Below the pieces are notes generated by a model. That model saw only the letters and a list, made by a program, of their open reading frames with translations. It searched no databases and was not told where the DNA came from. From assembly GCA_965113315.1 (NCBI GenBank), contig OZ220368.1: a stretch of DNA of 64,000 bases, one strand, 5' to 3'. Of the stretch, positions 36,527-48,981 are shown one piece after another. The position numbers and the translations under genes were made by a program. The DNA comes from Podarcis vaucheri (taxonomy: Eukaryota). Within the stretch, counting starts at the first letter, position 1, and each line of letters starts with the position of its first letter.

Positions 36527-37292
36527 AGGCAGACCTAGCAGGGTTCTTTTAAGACTTGCCTGAAAAGATAATAAGCTGCTTGCAGGGTTTCCTAAAGACT
36601 CATCGGAGATAATCTAAACCCAATTACTTCTTTAAAATCTTCTCACACCAGATGGACCCAGCAAATTTCAAGAAATGAAAAACAAATATACTAAGGAAAT
36701 GCTTAGCATTTTTGTATTTTATGTTTTACTCTGGTTAGATCTAAATCCTGTCCCCAGCTTTATATTCCATGCTCCCAAATACAAATAGTGTTCTCCGTTC
36801 CTGGTGTTGTAACACTGATCTGATACTAGTCACACCCACGTGATCCAACAAACCCTTCTATTGTTTATTTTACTTGAGGACTCTTAAAATGGTTACACAG
36901 CATTATCTCACTATCTTTGGGAATCTACTTTTGAGTCCAAGTAGCTGAGAAGTGTGTGTGTGTGTGTGTATTAACTCAGTTAACATTATTCTTTCCAGCC
37001 CGGGCAAAGAATCCTTCTTACTCCTCATGTGCCAAGTTAATTCACTCCTTGTGTTGCTAAATACAAAGTACTCCTGGCACTGAGGAAAGTGCAAAAATTG
37101 CAACCAAACCATCTATTTGATCTAGCAGAAAACCAAGGGATGCAGCCAAAGACTCCACCAGAGAAAGCAAAAACCCAGATGCTTCTTGAAAATCTGGAGC
37201 CAAGGAAACTCAAATGAATGTTCCCGCAAGACTTATCACGGTAACAAAAGAAGGTAAAAAGCCAAAAACGAAGGGCATATGAAGCAACGTAC

Positions 37293-37435
37293 TTTCAGAC
37301 CAGGATTGGCAATGAGGCGTGTGTTGTCGCTAAGATATGCCGTGTAGTGCTCCACCATCCTCTTCGTCTCCGGCTGGCTCAGATGCTCGTAAGGAGAAGA
37401 GAAGCTACCAGCAGATAGCATTACCGTAGGGCTTT
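37293..37435 (-). CDS. CACHD1: CACHD1 exon 14: ESPTVMLSAGSFSSPYEHLSQPETKRMVEHYTAYLSDNTRLIANPGLK
   Basis: TTCCAG acceptor, GTACGT donor, 143 nt, phase 1-0. Confidence 0.95.
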
Positions 37436-38106
37436 CTGGAAAGGCAACATACATGCAATATACACAACATCAGAATATATCCCCTGAAACCCAGGCATAT
37501 GAAAACTCAGTGATGCTGTTGCTAGTAACGTACTGGAGCAACACAACCCAAGATGAAAACGCAAAAATAACCCAAGAGACGCTTTTCAAACATCCGTGTT
37601 GCTGCATATGTGGCCACCAGGGGGTACTGTTGCAGCAACAGCACACTGCTGAAGCTTTACCTTCTTCCCTTTCCTCAATTGTAAAGGAAGGGAAGGAGCT
37701 TTAAATGTAGGAGAGAAACACCTGTTGGGCTTGAAGGATGCCACAGGGAAATGGAACTTCTAGCAGCTACTAGAGGCAGGTCTTATTGCCTGGGACCTTA
37801 AGGGGTACAGGAAAGGGAGAGAAAGACTTGGGTCTGCTGTTTTGGGGCACCCAGTGACTAGTTCCGTTAGGGGTGTCCACATCTGTCAGTCCATATGGAC
37901 ATCCCAGAGTCTCCACCCACAGCAAGACAGCGGTGGGTAGTCAGCCGCCTGTGTGTACATGAGTCAGCCTGAATACAGATTGCAGCCCAAAGGTGTATAA
38001 GCAATGTCTGCCCTGGTGTATCTATTCTGGAGTGAAAGCAGGCTTCTCAGACCACCTCAGACAGCTGTCAAGGTTGCACATGCCACCTGAAGACAGTAGT
38101 TTGCCT

Positions 38107-38419
38107 TGTTGTTGTTGTTTAGTCGTGTCCGACTCTTCGTGACCCCATGGACCAGAGCACGCCAGGCACTCCTGTCTTCCACTGCCTCCCGCAGTTTGGT
38201 CAAACTCATGCTGGTAGCTTCGAGAACACTGTCCAACCATCTCCATCCATAGTTCTTCAGGCACTCTGTCCACTAAATCTAAATCCTTAAACCTGTTCCT
38301 CACTTCCACTGTGTATTGATAAGGGATTTGATTTAGATTGTATCTTACCGGCCCTGTCGTTTTTCCTACATTCTTCAGTTTAAGCTTGAATTTTGCTATA
38401 AGAAGCAAATTTTGCTATA
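38107..38419 (-). mobile_element. RTE-BovB LINE, 5'-truncated and internally deleted
   Basis: LLIAKFKLKLKNVGKTTGPVRYNLNQIPYQYTVEVRNRFKDLDLVDRVPEELWME (BovB post-endonuclease region) fused to the BovB 3' end and (CAA)n tail; 12-bp TSD AGTAG(T/C)TTGCCT. Confidence 0.88.
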
Positions 38420-38676
38420 AGTAGCTTGCCTAGGCTGAGAATATTTGTGTGAAGGGGTCCTTAGGCACTCAACAATGTTAGTTTTGCATTGCACATGCTT
38501 GAGTTAATATGACCGGATGGAAAATATTAATTAAAACTGTTCAGGATTCTTTTTCTCATATTTTTTTCAATCAGCTGAGTGAAATTTATTCCTAGATCTT
38601 TAAATAAGCAGCAGCAGCAACAACAACAATGATAAAACTACTTTTGCTAATAGTTTTTAAACAAGTGTCTTAACTT

Positions 38677-38808
38677 CTTCCTTCCTTGGAGGTATTTTGG
38701 AGGTATGGATGCTTTATAGCTGAGATTCCTGCATTGCAGGGGGTTGGACTAAATGACCCTTGGGGTCCCTTCCAACTCTTCTATTCTACAATTCTATAAC
38801 TCTGTGAC
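38677..38808 (+). mobile_element. CR1 LINE 3' terminal fragment
   Basis: GGGGGTTGGACTAAATGACCCTTGGGGTCCCTTCCAACTC followed by degenerate (ATTCTRTG)n tail. Confidence 0.75.
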
Positions 38809-40378
38809 TTCAAGAAGCTTACAAGACTGCCTACTTTCACTTGGTCTAGTCTTATTCAAAAGATGGCAGGGGAAGAAGGTCATTCCTCAGAGGGCACAAT
38901 GTGGTAGAAGCTTTATGGGGCATATTCATTTTTAGGGGACAACATATAAGGAAGTGAAAAGCTGTTTCCACAAGGAACCGGGCCTGAACACTAATGTCAA
39001 AATAAATTGTCAAAAGTATTTTGCATAAAAATAATTGTTTATCCTCTCTCCAAGTTCCATTTTTCTATTGCAATATAACCTGAGGCAAATTTCTAAAATG
39101 AATGTGCTTTATTTTAATACACAAAACTTTAAAGGTATTTTTCAGAAAAGAAAAAAAAGATGCTCCACTGCATTCAGAAGTTTTACACAGTTTTTATAGT
39201 CTCTGAACTCACCAATTAAAAATATTTCAAAGTATATTCTCACCAGAGTTCTAACTTCTGGCTTCTTTCAGAGGGATTGATGGTATTAAATATTTATAGC
39301 TCGGAATAAAATCTGCATAATTCCAAAGTCAACAGGATACAGCATGACTGGCAAGAACTTCAATGTTTTCACGTTATTGCTAATGATTTATTTGACAGCG
39401 AGGAGAATCAAGCTCAGCTTTGAAAAACTGTAACAACACTACCCATACCCAACCTTTCTGACGAAAGGTAAATTATGCAGCTACCTGGTTCTGGTATACT
39501 TATTTCACGAGGGTTTCCTTTTTTTTAATGAAGCTGACAATCTCAAGACACGTCACTTTGTAGCATTTAACCACAGTGCTGACTAGCCCATTAGATTTGG
39601 AGAATGCGGAGAGCAGCTGAAAGAAAGCAGCACGCCGCAGTAGCAGCAAGGGCAGACAAGCAGACTTTCGCTCTATTATTATCCGTTAAGAGTACCAAAG
39701 CCTATGCTGGGCTGAGACAGGCAACACCGTTGAAAACAGAGGGTATCAGGAGTTATCAGACAGCAAAGCTGGAAAGGTGAAACACAATTAGAAAGACAGG
39801 AAGCTGTTGTATACTGAATCATACCAGTGGCTCCACAAAGTTTCAGGCAGAGTAGATGCCAGGAACTAAACCTGAGACCTTCTGCATGCAAAACATGATG
39901 AGATTTCCCTTCTAAGCTTTAGGTCAGCTAAATAGGAAGTTGCTCCAGAGCTTGGTCAGATGAGCACAGAGATTGGGGCCCTTGTTCTCCTAGTTGTGCT
40001 ATGGAACCACATAGTTCCCTGGAGTTTTAACTATCAGCCTTTGGAGGCTTTTGCACTGCTCTGTGTGGGCTGGGATTAGTCCCCAGGACTTGAGACATAA
40101 AGCCAATAATTCCTTTGGATTTTCATACACCCCAAAATGGGTCTTTTGAAATCTTTCATTGAACATACAATCTCCAAGACAAAAAAGAAAACAGTTGCAA
40201 GAGTTCAGTTTCTCCTTATCTAACATATGAAATGGACATCTTAGATGCTATTTATATAAATAACGATTGGATAAGGATCAAACGGGTTTTCCAGGCTGGT
40301 GATTTGATAGCATATAACTATTTTAGCTTACAGCAATGGACTGGTGAATGGATGGATTTCAGAAAATAAACGCTTTAC

Positions 40379-40547
40379 CTAAGGTTGCAAGTTGTTTGAA
40401 ATGCAGGCAAGCATTGGGCTGGCCCAAGAGATCTAGTCGATGGTAAAGCAGCTTGCTACTGGGTACGGTGTTGAGATTTTTAAGTTGTCTAACAGGTATT
40501 TCTGGCTGTATCACAACAATACACAAAATGAATGATGTATCTTGAAC
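40379..40547 (-). CDS. CACHD1: CACHD1 exon 13: VQDTSFILCIVVIQPEIPVRQLKNLNTVPSSKLLYHRLDLLGQPNACLHFKQLATL
   Basis: TTTTAG acceptor, GTAAAG donor, 169 nt, phase 0-1. Confidence 0.95.
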
Positions 40548-41694
40548 CTAAAATAAAAACAACCACAAGATCATCAAAGTTAGTAAGGAAAGCATTTGAA
40601 TTAAAATAAAATAAGAATCATTAAAATTAAATCAAATTCGGACAAGTTATATCATTAGAGCACATTGCCTTGAGGAAGGCAATTAATAATAACAATTCAG
40701 AAGAGTACTCCTAAATGTGCAACTATTGAGACATGCAAAAAAAAAAAAATATTTCGGTTAGTTGCTCAGCATCTAAATATTTTCTTGTTTCTTAAAACAA
40801 CAACCCAGAATGGCTATGACAAAGAAGTAGTACAGGCACAATTCAGTAGTTTAATGATGTGAACTACTGAGGGAAAACTACACAGCTCTGAGTTCACAAA
40901 GGTAGCCCCAGGAAGTCAGCAGTTATAGATCTGCCCCAAAAGATAATTCTGTACACTGTGTATGAGCATATAATCCATTTTTCTCTCTCTTGTCCTCACC
41001 ATAGAGGCTGACAAGTTGTCAAAGCCACTCTGTGCTGCAACATGGAAGACTGTGCTGCAACTTGGAAAAGGCACAGGACACAAAACACCAAATAAATATT
41101 GCTTCTGTTGTCTTAACTGCTTGCTATCGTGTTGCTTGATTCAAAATGATATGTTTTCAAAGATGCAGCTAGCTGTATTACATAATATTCATAAGATAAT
41201 TGTTTTTCTAATTTTATGCATTTTCTAAAGATTACCATGCTACTGAATCATAGGAAAAGTAGAATCTAAATGCAAGGTAGTCCTTGGGTAATATTATTTC
41301 TCAATATTGCAAAAAGAGTATCAAGGGACATTCATACATAATACTTGGCCATCTTAGGTAATGGCCAGGGATGATAGTCAAACAATGTTAGTGACCCAAG
41401 ATTAAAGAACACTGTGCCAAATGATGAATATGTATAACCTCTTAAAAGTTTCTCAGAGTCGGCTTTGGAGACTGCAAGCTTAAACATATTTACTAGGGAC
41501 AAAGCCCCAGTGAACACAATAACAGTAAATCATGGCTTGCTTGGATTGGCTGAGATCTGAGATGGAGGTACCTACATGCAGCCCAGAGGCCATGCAAGCA
41601 AGACATTCAAAATTCTTGGAAATACCTGCTGCTATTAAAATTCTCCTTCCGTGTCAATACATTAGCATATTTTAAAGGGTGCTCTGTCACTTAC

Positions 41695-41812
41695 CATCTT
41701 CCAAGCATAGCTCACATTGTAGGCTTCCTTCCCAATTTCTCGCAGTTTGTTTACATGCCAAGACAGTGAGGAGTTCACCGGGACAGTAATAAGCTGACTG
41801 CCTAGAGGGAGG
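41695..41812 (-). CDS. CACHD1: CACHD1 exon 12: LPLGSQLITVPVNSSLSWHVNKLREIGKEAYNVSYAWKM
   Basis: ACTTAG acceptor, GTAAGT donor, 118 nt, phase 2-0. Confidence 0.95.
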
Positions 41813-43123
41813 CTAAGTTGGAAACAAACAATATCCATCACTTATTAAACAGGGAGAAAAACATTGATGCTTCTGTTTACTCTGAAATGAGATTGCTTAA
41901 AGAAGGAATTTTTTCTTAATTAAAATGGAAGTGGAATGCTTTACTACATCATAATTACCAGTTCCCCACCCAAAACATTGCTGGCTGTGGTATTACCACT
42001 CTGATCAGATATACTGGTTCTGGATGAGAGATCTCGGAGATAATATCACCAGCGGAATGAAATCACCAGAGGCATTGGTTTGTGTTTGTGCTTGTATGCT
42101 CAACAGTACAAATGACAACACTTCCTATTAGCTGCTAAATTAATCTTTGCTTTGCTCAGAAATCTTTGCACTATGGAACAGTCTTTGTGCATCAGTGCAC
42201 AGGGCAACCCTAAAGGATGGCGATTTTCTTCCACACCGGGTGTTCCCAATATCTAGACAGGCTGTGGTGGATAGCACTGTGCTGTCAATTTCCCCAGCTA
42301 AAGAATGCTGGGGTTTTATTGTTGCCACCTCTCTCAAGCTTAAAGTGCCAGGAGGGGCATTTGGTTCAGAAGTCTACAAGGGCCCAGACAGACAGAAAGG
42401 ATGGTGACCTGGTACTTTGTGAGTAGGGAATGGAAGTGGGAAAAGGTTATTAAGAAGCTGCAAGAGAAGACCAAACAGTGGGCAGATGAATGTATAAAAG
42501 CTATTTGCAAGACTGTATAACACTGTCCAGTCCTTTGCAGTTGATGTGTTTTGATAGCCTAGCATTTTTCTCTCAAAGTAACTGATGGTTTCCATGTCTG
42601 TTCTAAACCATGTAGTTTCTTTATGAGCCTATGTGGCAGAACACAGAACTAAAAGTGCAGGATGACATACAGCAAAACCAACAGAGTTGATTTCTGTGTT
42701 TATATATTTGCAGCCTCAGGTATACTGTCCATGCTGTTTTATAAGTACAAGATAAATAAGCCTAAGAAAGGTAACACTTATTTATTTTAGAGTCAAGACT
42801 TATTTAGTAAAGTGATTTGTATTGTGAGTGGTCAAATATGTGGAGTATACCAAAGTTTATATAACAAAGACAATATAGGTAGGGTTTAAAGATTAATGAC
42901 TAGCTGCAGCCTTGAAAACATGTAACAGCAATAATACAGAGACTGAAGTAGGCTGAAAAATCTGTTGTCATTACAATTGTGACACACCAGTAGAATCAAT
43001 GTTTCCACTCTTGGCATCTCCACACAACTTCGTTAAATCCATTGGGGTGGAGGTAGTCTGTAAAAATTATTAATAGCTGAATGGGGATATTGACTTACGA
43101 GTCATGATTTCAAGATCAGGATA

Positions 43124-43348
43124 TAGTGGAACCTCAGTTTTCGAATGTAATCCGTTCCAGAAGACAGTTCGACTTCCGAAACGTTCAAAAACAGAGGCAC
43201 AAAGGGCTGTCGGCAAATTCAATTGAGAAAACTGAAAAACACGCAGCAGAAGCTGTTTGGCTTCCAAGGCTTGTTCGAAAACGGAAGCATTTACTTCCAG
43301 GTTTTTGGCATTTGGGTTCTGAGATGTTCAAGAACTGAGGTTCCACTG
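43124..43348. mobile_element. Tc1/mariner (Tigger-like) MITE, older copy
   Basis: (T/C)AGTGGAACCTCAGTT TIRs; TA on the left, TG on the right (mutated TSD). Confidence 0.75.
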
Positions 43349-43942
43349 TGCAAACAAATTAACTTTGTTAAAATAAGAGCTAGTAGGATAGAAAAGTTAC
43401 AACAATAATCTGCAGACATCTGAACAGAGGACAGGACTGTCCCTTGTCACCCCAGTGAACTTACCCAAGAATACCAGGATTTTAAAAACAAGAAATAAAA
43501 TCCAGAATGAGTATCTGGTGATTAGGTATTCAAAACAGTGAGACACACCCCCAGAAGAAATGGAAGAAAGTACCATTTGGCTCTGGGATGACAGCCTGTG
43601 GACAATCCAATATTCTCCTGAGCAATGTTCCCAATGAAATGTTGGGAAACTGTAAGGAAGCTCACATAATTGTGTGCTGCCCCCATTAATTTCAATGGTA
43701 CTTTTGCAGGAAGAGAATGGATTGCAGCCCTAAACTAAACTATGGGAACTGAATCTATGAGCACAATTCAAAACCATGAGATTTCCTATTGGATGTATGG
43801 AGAATCTGCCCACTAAAAACACCAGTAAGACCACAAGTGAATCACAGCTTCTGAATTGTAATCACTGAGCACAGCATAATTTCCACTGAAGCTTAAGCAT
43901 GCATGCAGCAAGCATGTATGAAGCATTAATTCAAAGTCTTAC

Positions 43943-44066
43943 CTAAGGATGTTCTGTCGAACTAACTCAAATTTTGGAATATTCTCATAATGTATTATAT
44001 CTGTGTGAAGTGGTGGTTCAGAAAGCAAGTAGGGTCTGGTAAGGGAGGGGTGCATAAGGGTATAGC
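43943..44066 (-). CDS. CACHD1: CACHD1 exon 11: GYTLMHPSLTRPYLLSEPPLHTDIIHYENIPKFELVRQNIL
   Basis: TTTTAG acceptor, GTAAGA donor, 124 nt, phase 1-2. Confidence 0.95.
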
Positions 44067-44336
44067 CTAAAAATGAAAAGAAAAAGGAGTTGGCACACAT
44101 GTTTATCATCATATACAGGACACATTACATGCTATATAAAAATGTCCAAAGTAAACATGTAGCACTACGCTGCATTACCCTTTAAAAAAAAAACCCAAAA
44201 CAGAATTTTGGAGTGCCAATAGGTAATTATTTATGAGCTGACAAAAACAAAGAGACAACCTGAATCAGAAAGTAAACAATACAGATTTGACTATTGACCT
44301 CTAAAACATGAAGTATTTTGATTGCCTTGAAGTTAC

Positions 44337-44486
44337 CTTTATTATCTATTAGGAATGTGTAGGAAGCCAAAGAATCTTGGTAATAAGTGACATCTTCCAA
44401 AATATAGGCAAGATTAACATCTACTCCAACAATTCCTAGTAGCAGGTTTCCAAAGTAGCAAGGTTTGCTTACAGTCATTATCAGAC
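44337..44486 (-). CDS. CACHD1: CACHD1 exon 10: GLIMTVSKPCYFGNLLLGIVGVDVNLAYILEDVTYYQDSLASYTFLIDNK
   Basis: TAACAG acceptor, GTAACT donor, 150 nt, phase 1-1. Confidence 0.95.
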
Positions 44487-47400
44487 CTGTTAATAACAAG
44501 AAAAAGCACGCATACAGTTAGCAATAAAGAACTCTCTGGTACCTATATATGGAGATAGAAAAGTGATTTGTGGCCCAGTCTATTGCATGCAGTGGGATTT
44601 ACTTCCAAGAAGTTATTGCACAGTCTAAATTACCTCTTTCGGAGGGAGCAGGGCGGCTTCTGTTAGCCATTGCAACAGACACTCTAGGTGAGTGTTCGGG
44701 AATCCCTACAGCAATAATATTGTGAGGATAGCATTGTGGTCCCATGAGAACCTATGCTGCAAAACACCAGCAGACAGTTGTATGGGGTTTTATGGAATGA
44801 AGTACAATTCACTGAGAAGCCATTGTAAAGTAATATATGCAGGGAAGCTATACACAGTTGTTTCAGTTTCACATGCTTGGGCTTAAGTTATAGCCATGTT
44901 ATGTATGGCCACTAGGGAGTTGTTTCAAGGTCTCACAAAAACTGTAGTCTTTGAGAAGGGATTTGACAGAAGTCAGAAAGGTGCCATCACACATATGTTC
45001 CTGGAGGCAAGTCGAGGCGTACAAGGCAGCAAGGGAGAAGGGGCAGAGTCTTTTGAGGAAGAAGGAGACCACTGGATGGTGGAGAGAACTCTAAGTTGGC
45101 TAACACCATAATATGAATTTAATTAATCTGTTACATTAGTACACAACTGTACATGAACCAACAATTGTTCTGAAAGGGAGCACCTTTCTTTGTGTTTAGA
45201 TGTTGCCTGCAGATCTCGTTTTAGGAAAGGCAAGAGCCATCCTGTGTGGCAAAGCACAGAACAACACTTTGTCTTGGAAATAATTAATCTACTTAATTAA
45301 AACAATATATTGCCTGATTAATAGGGGCACCTTTTTAATTGATTAAAATAAATTAATCGAACCAATTAACAGACTAAATGCTATAGCATTTTTCCTAAAG
45401 GAATTTAACTCATCATATTATCAGCAGTATTGATGTAACTTATGTGCCAATTTTTTTTTAAATTTTGGGTGGGGCAGAAGGAAAAAAATAAAATTAAATT
45501 GCAACTGTTAGGAACCATAAAGTGGACCAGCTATGCTGCTTCAATATACTTTTGTGGTTTGCTTGTTTATTATTCCAGCAATTTGTATATTGTTTAATCA
45601 CAGGCATCTTTAAGCAGACATTTGGTGATTATGCATATCAATAGGTTCAGGGTAAAAGAAAGCATTATAATTCTAAACATGAAAGCAGAAATGTTTATGC
45701 CCAGTGTAGATGGATAAAAGAAAAATGCATGAATGTTTTCAAACACTTAAAGATGGGCGTGATTAGTTTTTATGGTAATTTGAGGAATCATGTCCAGTAA
45801 ATTCAATTCAAAGCTGGATACTGCCAAGTAGCACCGTCCCAAAATAAAGAAAAAAGGGATTTGAATTGCAAATGCATATTTAGCTCCTTTGAATAGTCGC
45901 ACAAAATTATGCAAGTTTGGTGAACTATTCCTTCCTTTGCCCTCCAGGGTAGCATGGAGATCGATGATGGTCTTCCCAAAATAATTTCAGCAAGAATTCC
46001 AAATAATAAATAGCACTATATATAAGTGGGATCAGAAGAGCTTAGGAAAAGAGAATAAATAGTAATACACAATTATATTTATGGATTTATTTACATCCTG
46101 CCTTTTCTCCAGGGAGTTCAAAGCAGCAAACACAGGGTTCCCAGGCTGTTTCTTATCCAGGAACAGACCACACTCAAGACCTGCTTAATTTCAACAAGAT
46201 CACTGCTGCACATCTCCATGCTTTGGAAAACCAGCTGTTATTTGCCCATAATATACGGCACTTGTGTGTAATTCAAGTGCCAATTATGTACTGCATATTG
46301 TTTCTGTAGGTCTAAAGTCAGGACTAAGTCCCGTGGGGCAAACGCTAGGGTCCAATGGGATCTAGCACCACTGTTGCTGCAGCAGCTGAGATAGTGGCAA
46401 TTGTGGCTCAGCTAGCTAGTGGTAGGGCCTGGAGGGTGGGATAGAGCAACTCTGTTATGTAGGTCCTGCTCCCAACATGTGTATGTCAGGGATGGGGGCA
46501 GCATTAAAGCATGTAAAAAATCCAAGGAGGTGGGGATCTAGGGACTTAATCTTGTTTACGGTTACAGCACTGAGGCTACTATATGCTGGAAAATGGTGTT
46601 TACAGATCCTACCGACAATAAATGAATGGATGGGGAAACTGGGAACTGGCTGTTACGGTGAAACTGACACACTACCTAAGAACTAAAAAGGTGGGAGAGT
46701 CAATGACAGAATAATTTTGTTACAAGTTGGAATCCCTTTGTTGTACATTGTAGAAGGAACCATCTACTTCCTCATCTGAATGGTGGTTTCTTAATATATC
46801 GAGGCTTTTATGATATCTGTCATGTGATACAGCAAAGAGAATTTACTTTAAGAGCATCTAAAAGTACTTGGCAGAAAAAAATTGATCCAAATAAAATGCT
46901 TACAGCTCTATTCCTTGTGGAACTGTTATGTTTTGTTTTCTATTTTCCTCATAAGGCATGACGGCTAGGTTTCTCAGATACTCCAAATGAGGTTAAGCTT
47001 TAATCACAAATAAATAAAATAAAATAAAACTAAGATTTCCAAGGACATTCACCACATTGACGTATATCGCAGCAGTCAATCCACAAAAGTGCAGAACAGC
47101 ACCACAAGATCTTTCTTCTTCTTCCAAAAAAAGCATCACATACGCAGCAAATGAAGTTGACAAATATAGCTCCTGGCCACTGCTGACACCAGTCTACCCA
47201 GCAGCCCTAGGCAATCAACTTGATTGGAAGAAAAAATGCCACCTCACCTATTACAGGAATTAACCACCTTCTCCAAGCATGTAAATAACCTCTGTCTTTT
47301 CTGGCCTAAATTTCAGCCTGCTTTAACCTCACCAGCTTGACCACAGACACTGGTCAAGATCCAGCTCTGTCTTCTGTTTTTATCTAAGCACCCAGCACTA

Positions 47401-47846
47401 TCTTGGCTCAGATGAAGGGTGGTGTATAAATTTAATAAATAATAAAATAAAATATCACACAGATAAATTTTTGGTGAAGAAGCAACCAAAGTGGCTACTT
47501 GAAGTCCCCTCTATGCCACAAGCCAATGTTCTTCCCCATGGATTACCAGACATGCATTTACTCTTACAAACGTGAATCTGGAACTCGAGAGCAAAGAAAG
47601 CTAATGGTGGTGAGGGAGCCTCAATTCAAAAGCGGAAGCCATTTTTCCAATGAAAGTTTGCCTCCTCCTCATGTAACTTTTCTACAACAAAAGCAGCCGT
47701 CAGAATTTTGTTAGGCCTTTGGGAATATGCAGCAACTGAAACAAGAAAACCCATTCTTGACAATGGCCCAGTTCATATGTCATTGTGGGCAACGGCTAAT
47801 AATTTACCATAAATGTGGAGTCTCATTTCTGCTTCACTCTTTCCCT

Positions 47847-48031
47847 AGCAACAAACCATAATCCCTAGTTTAGCATTATGTACAGATTGTAGATTGTGGC
47901 TTGTTTTACTCAAGTAAAAAGATTGGTAAGCCAAGAATAAATACTTGTTTCACACTGCGGTTTGTCTGGAGCAAAAAAACCGTACTCCCGGTTTGGATGT
48001 AAGGCTAGGCCAGGGATTGCAGTTTGCTGCT
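47847..48031. repeat. Imperfect foldback palindrome, probably a decayed MITE (PIF/Harbinger-like)
   Basis: AGCAACAAACCATAATCCCTAGTTTAGCATTA pairs with TAAGGCTAGGCCAGGGATTGCAGTTTGCTGCT. Confidence 0.55.
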
Positions 48032-48362
48032 CTTGTTTACACTGGGGCAAAGCACAGTAAACTATTAACTGTTACTATGGTGTACTAGGACAAGCAAACA
48101 CAGTCATTATAGCCTACTGCATCACCATTTTTGCACATCATGCTACACTGGCCCTCATTTTGCAAATAAGGCTCTTGTACTGTGGATGGAGGGTTTTTAG
48201 TACAATACCTCCAGGAACTCTCCTCCTAATTTCATAGCTTCTGTAAGGTGCAGACATGTAAAAATGCCACCTACAAAGTTTGTTAGATACATAAGTCATT
48301 GTAAACCTTTCCATTTATTTTTTTTAAAGCATCTTCATTTTCCAGGTCCCTGAAGCACTCAC

Positions 48363-48596
48363 CATCTCCCATTTCATCTGAAAAGGGCAAACTGAACACT
48401 GCTTCATCAACCATGTGGTTTGGGAGATTTGTATAAAACCGGCCAACTGTGGTTTCCAAGTTGCTCAGCTGGTTCAGAACCATCATGCTCCCTTTTATCA
48501 CGGGTAAAGCAGTTCGATCAGGTACTCCATATTTTGCCGAGTTTTGTTCCGCCAGGTCTCGGAGAAATGCTAATTCTTTTAAACCTGTCACTCCCT
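48363..48596 (-). CDS. CACHD1: CACHD1 exon 9: EGVTGLKELAFLRDLAEQNSAKYGVPDR...EAVFSLPFSDEMGD
   Basis: TTGCAG acceptor, GTGAGT donor, 234 nt, phase 1-1. Confidence 0.95.
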
Positions 48597-48831
48597 CTGC
48601 AAAAGAAATGTTACAGGCAGATGAGAAGACGCAAGTCTCCGGGCTTATTAAGCAATTCTGAAACATCATATATGCACAAATGTGGAAATCTTTATAAATA
48701 GTGGAAAAGGCACACAATGGGTTGTTGGACTTCAGTTCCTATCATCTCTGACCATTGACCATATCAAAGCCCAAAGAACCTTAGAAGTTTAATTTTTCTT
48801 TTCTTTTCTTTTTAAAAAGATAACTTCTTAC

Positions 48832-48981
48832 CATTCATGAGAGCATAGGTGAGGATCATTACAGAGTTGTTAAGAAAACCATTTTCTTCATTGATGACAC
48901 GAAGTGTGGTCTTTTTACCATCTTCTGATGAATCCCTAGACGTTATTCCAGCCGACAAGTAAATTATGACCATATCTGTAT
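48832..48981 (-). CDS. CACHD1: CACHD1 exon 8: NTDMVIIYLSAGITSRDSSEDGKKTTLRVINEENGFLNNSVMILTYALMN
   Basis: TCTCAG acceptor, GTAAGA donor, 150 nt, phase 1-1. Confidence 0.92.

Noticed and set aside
38022-38408. 128-aa ORF as a host gene
   Set aside because: It is a BovB fragment that shifts out of the native frame at the deletion junction.
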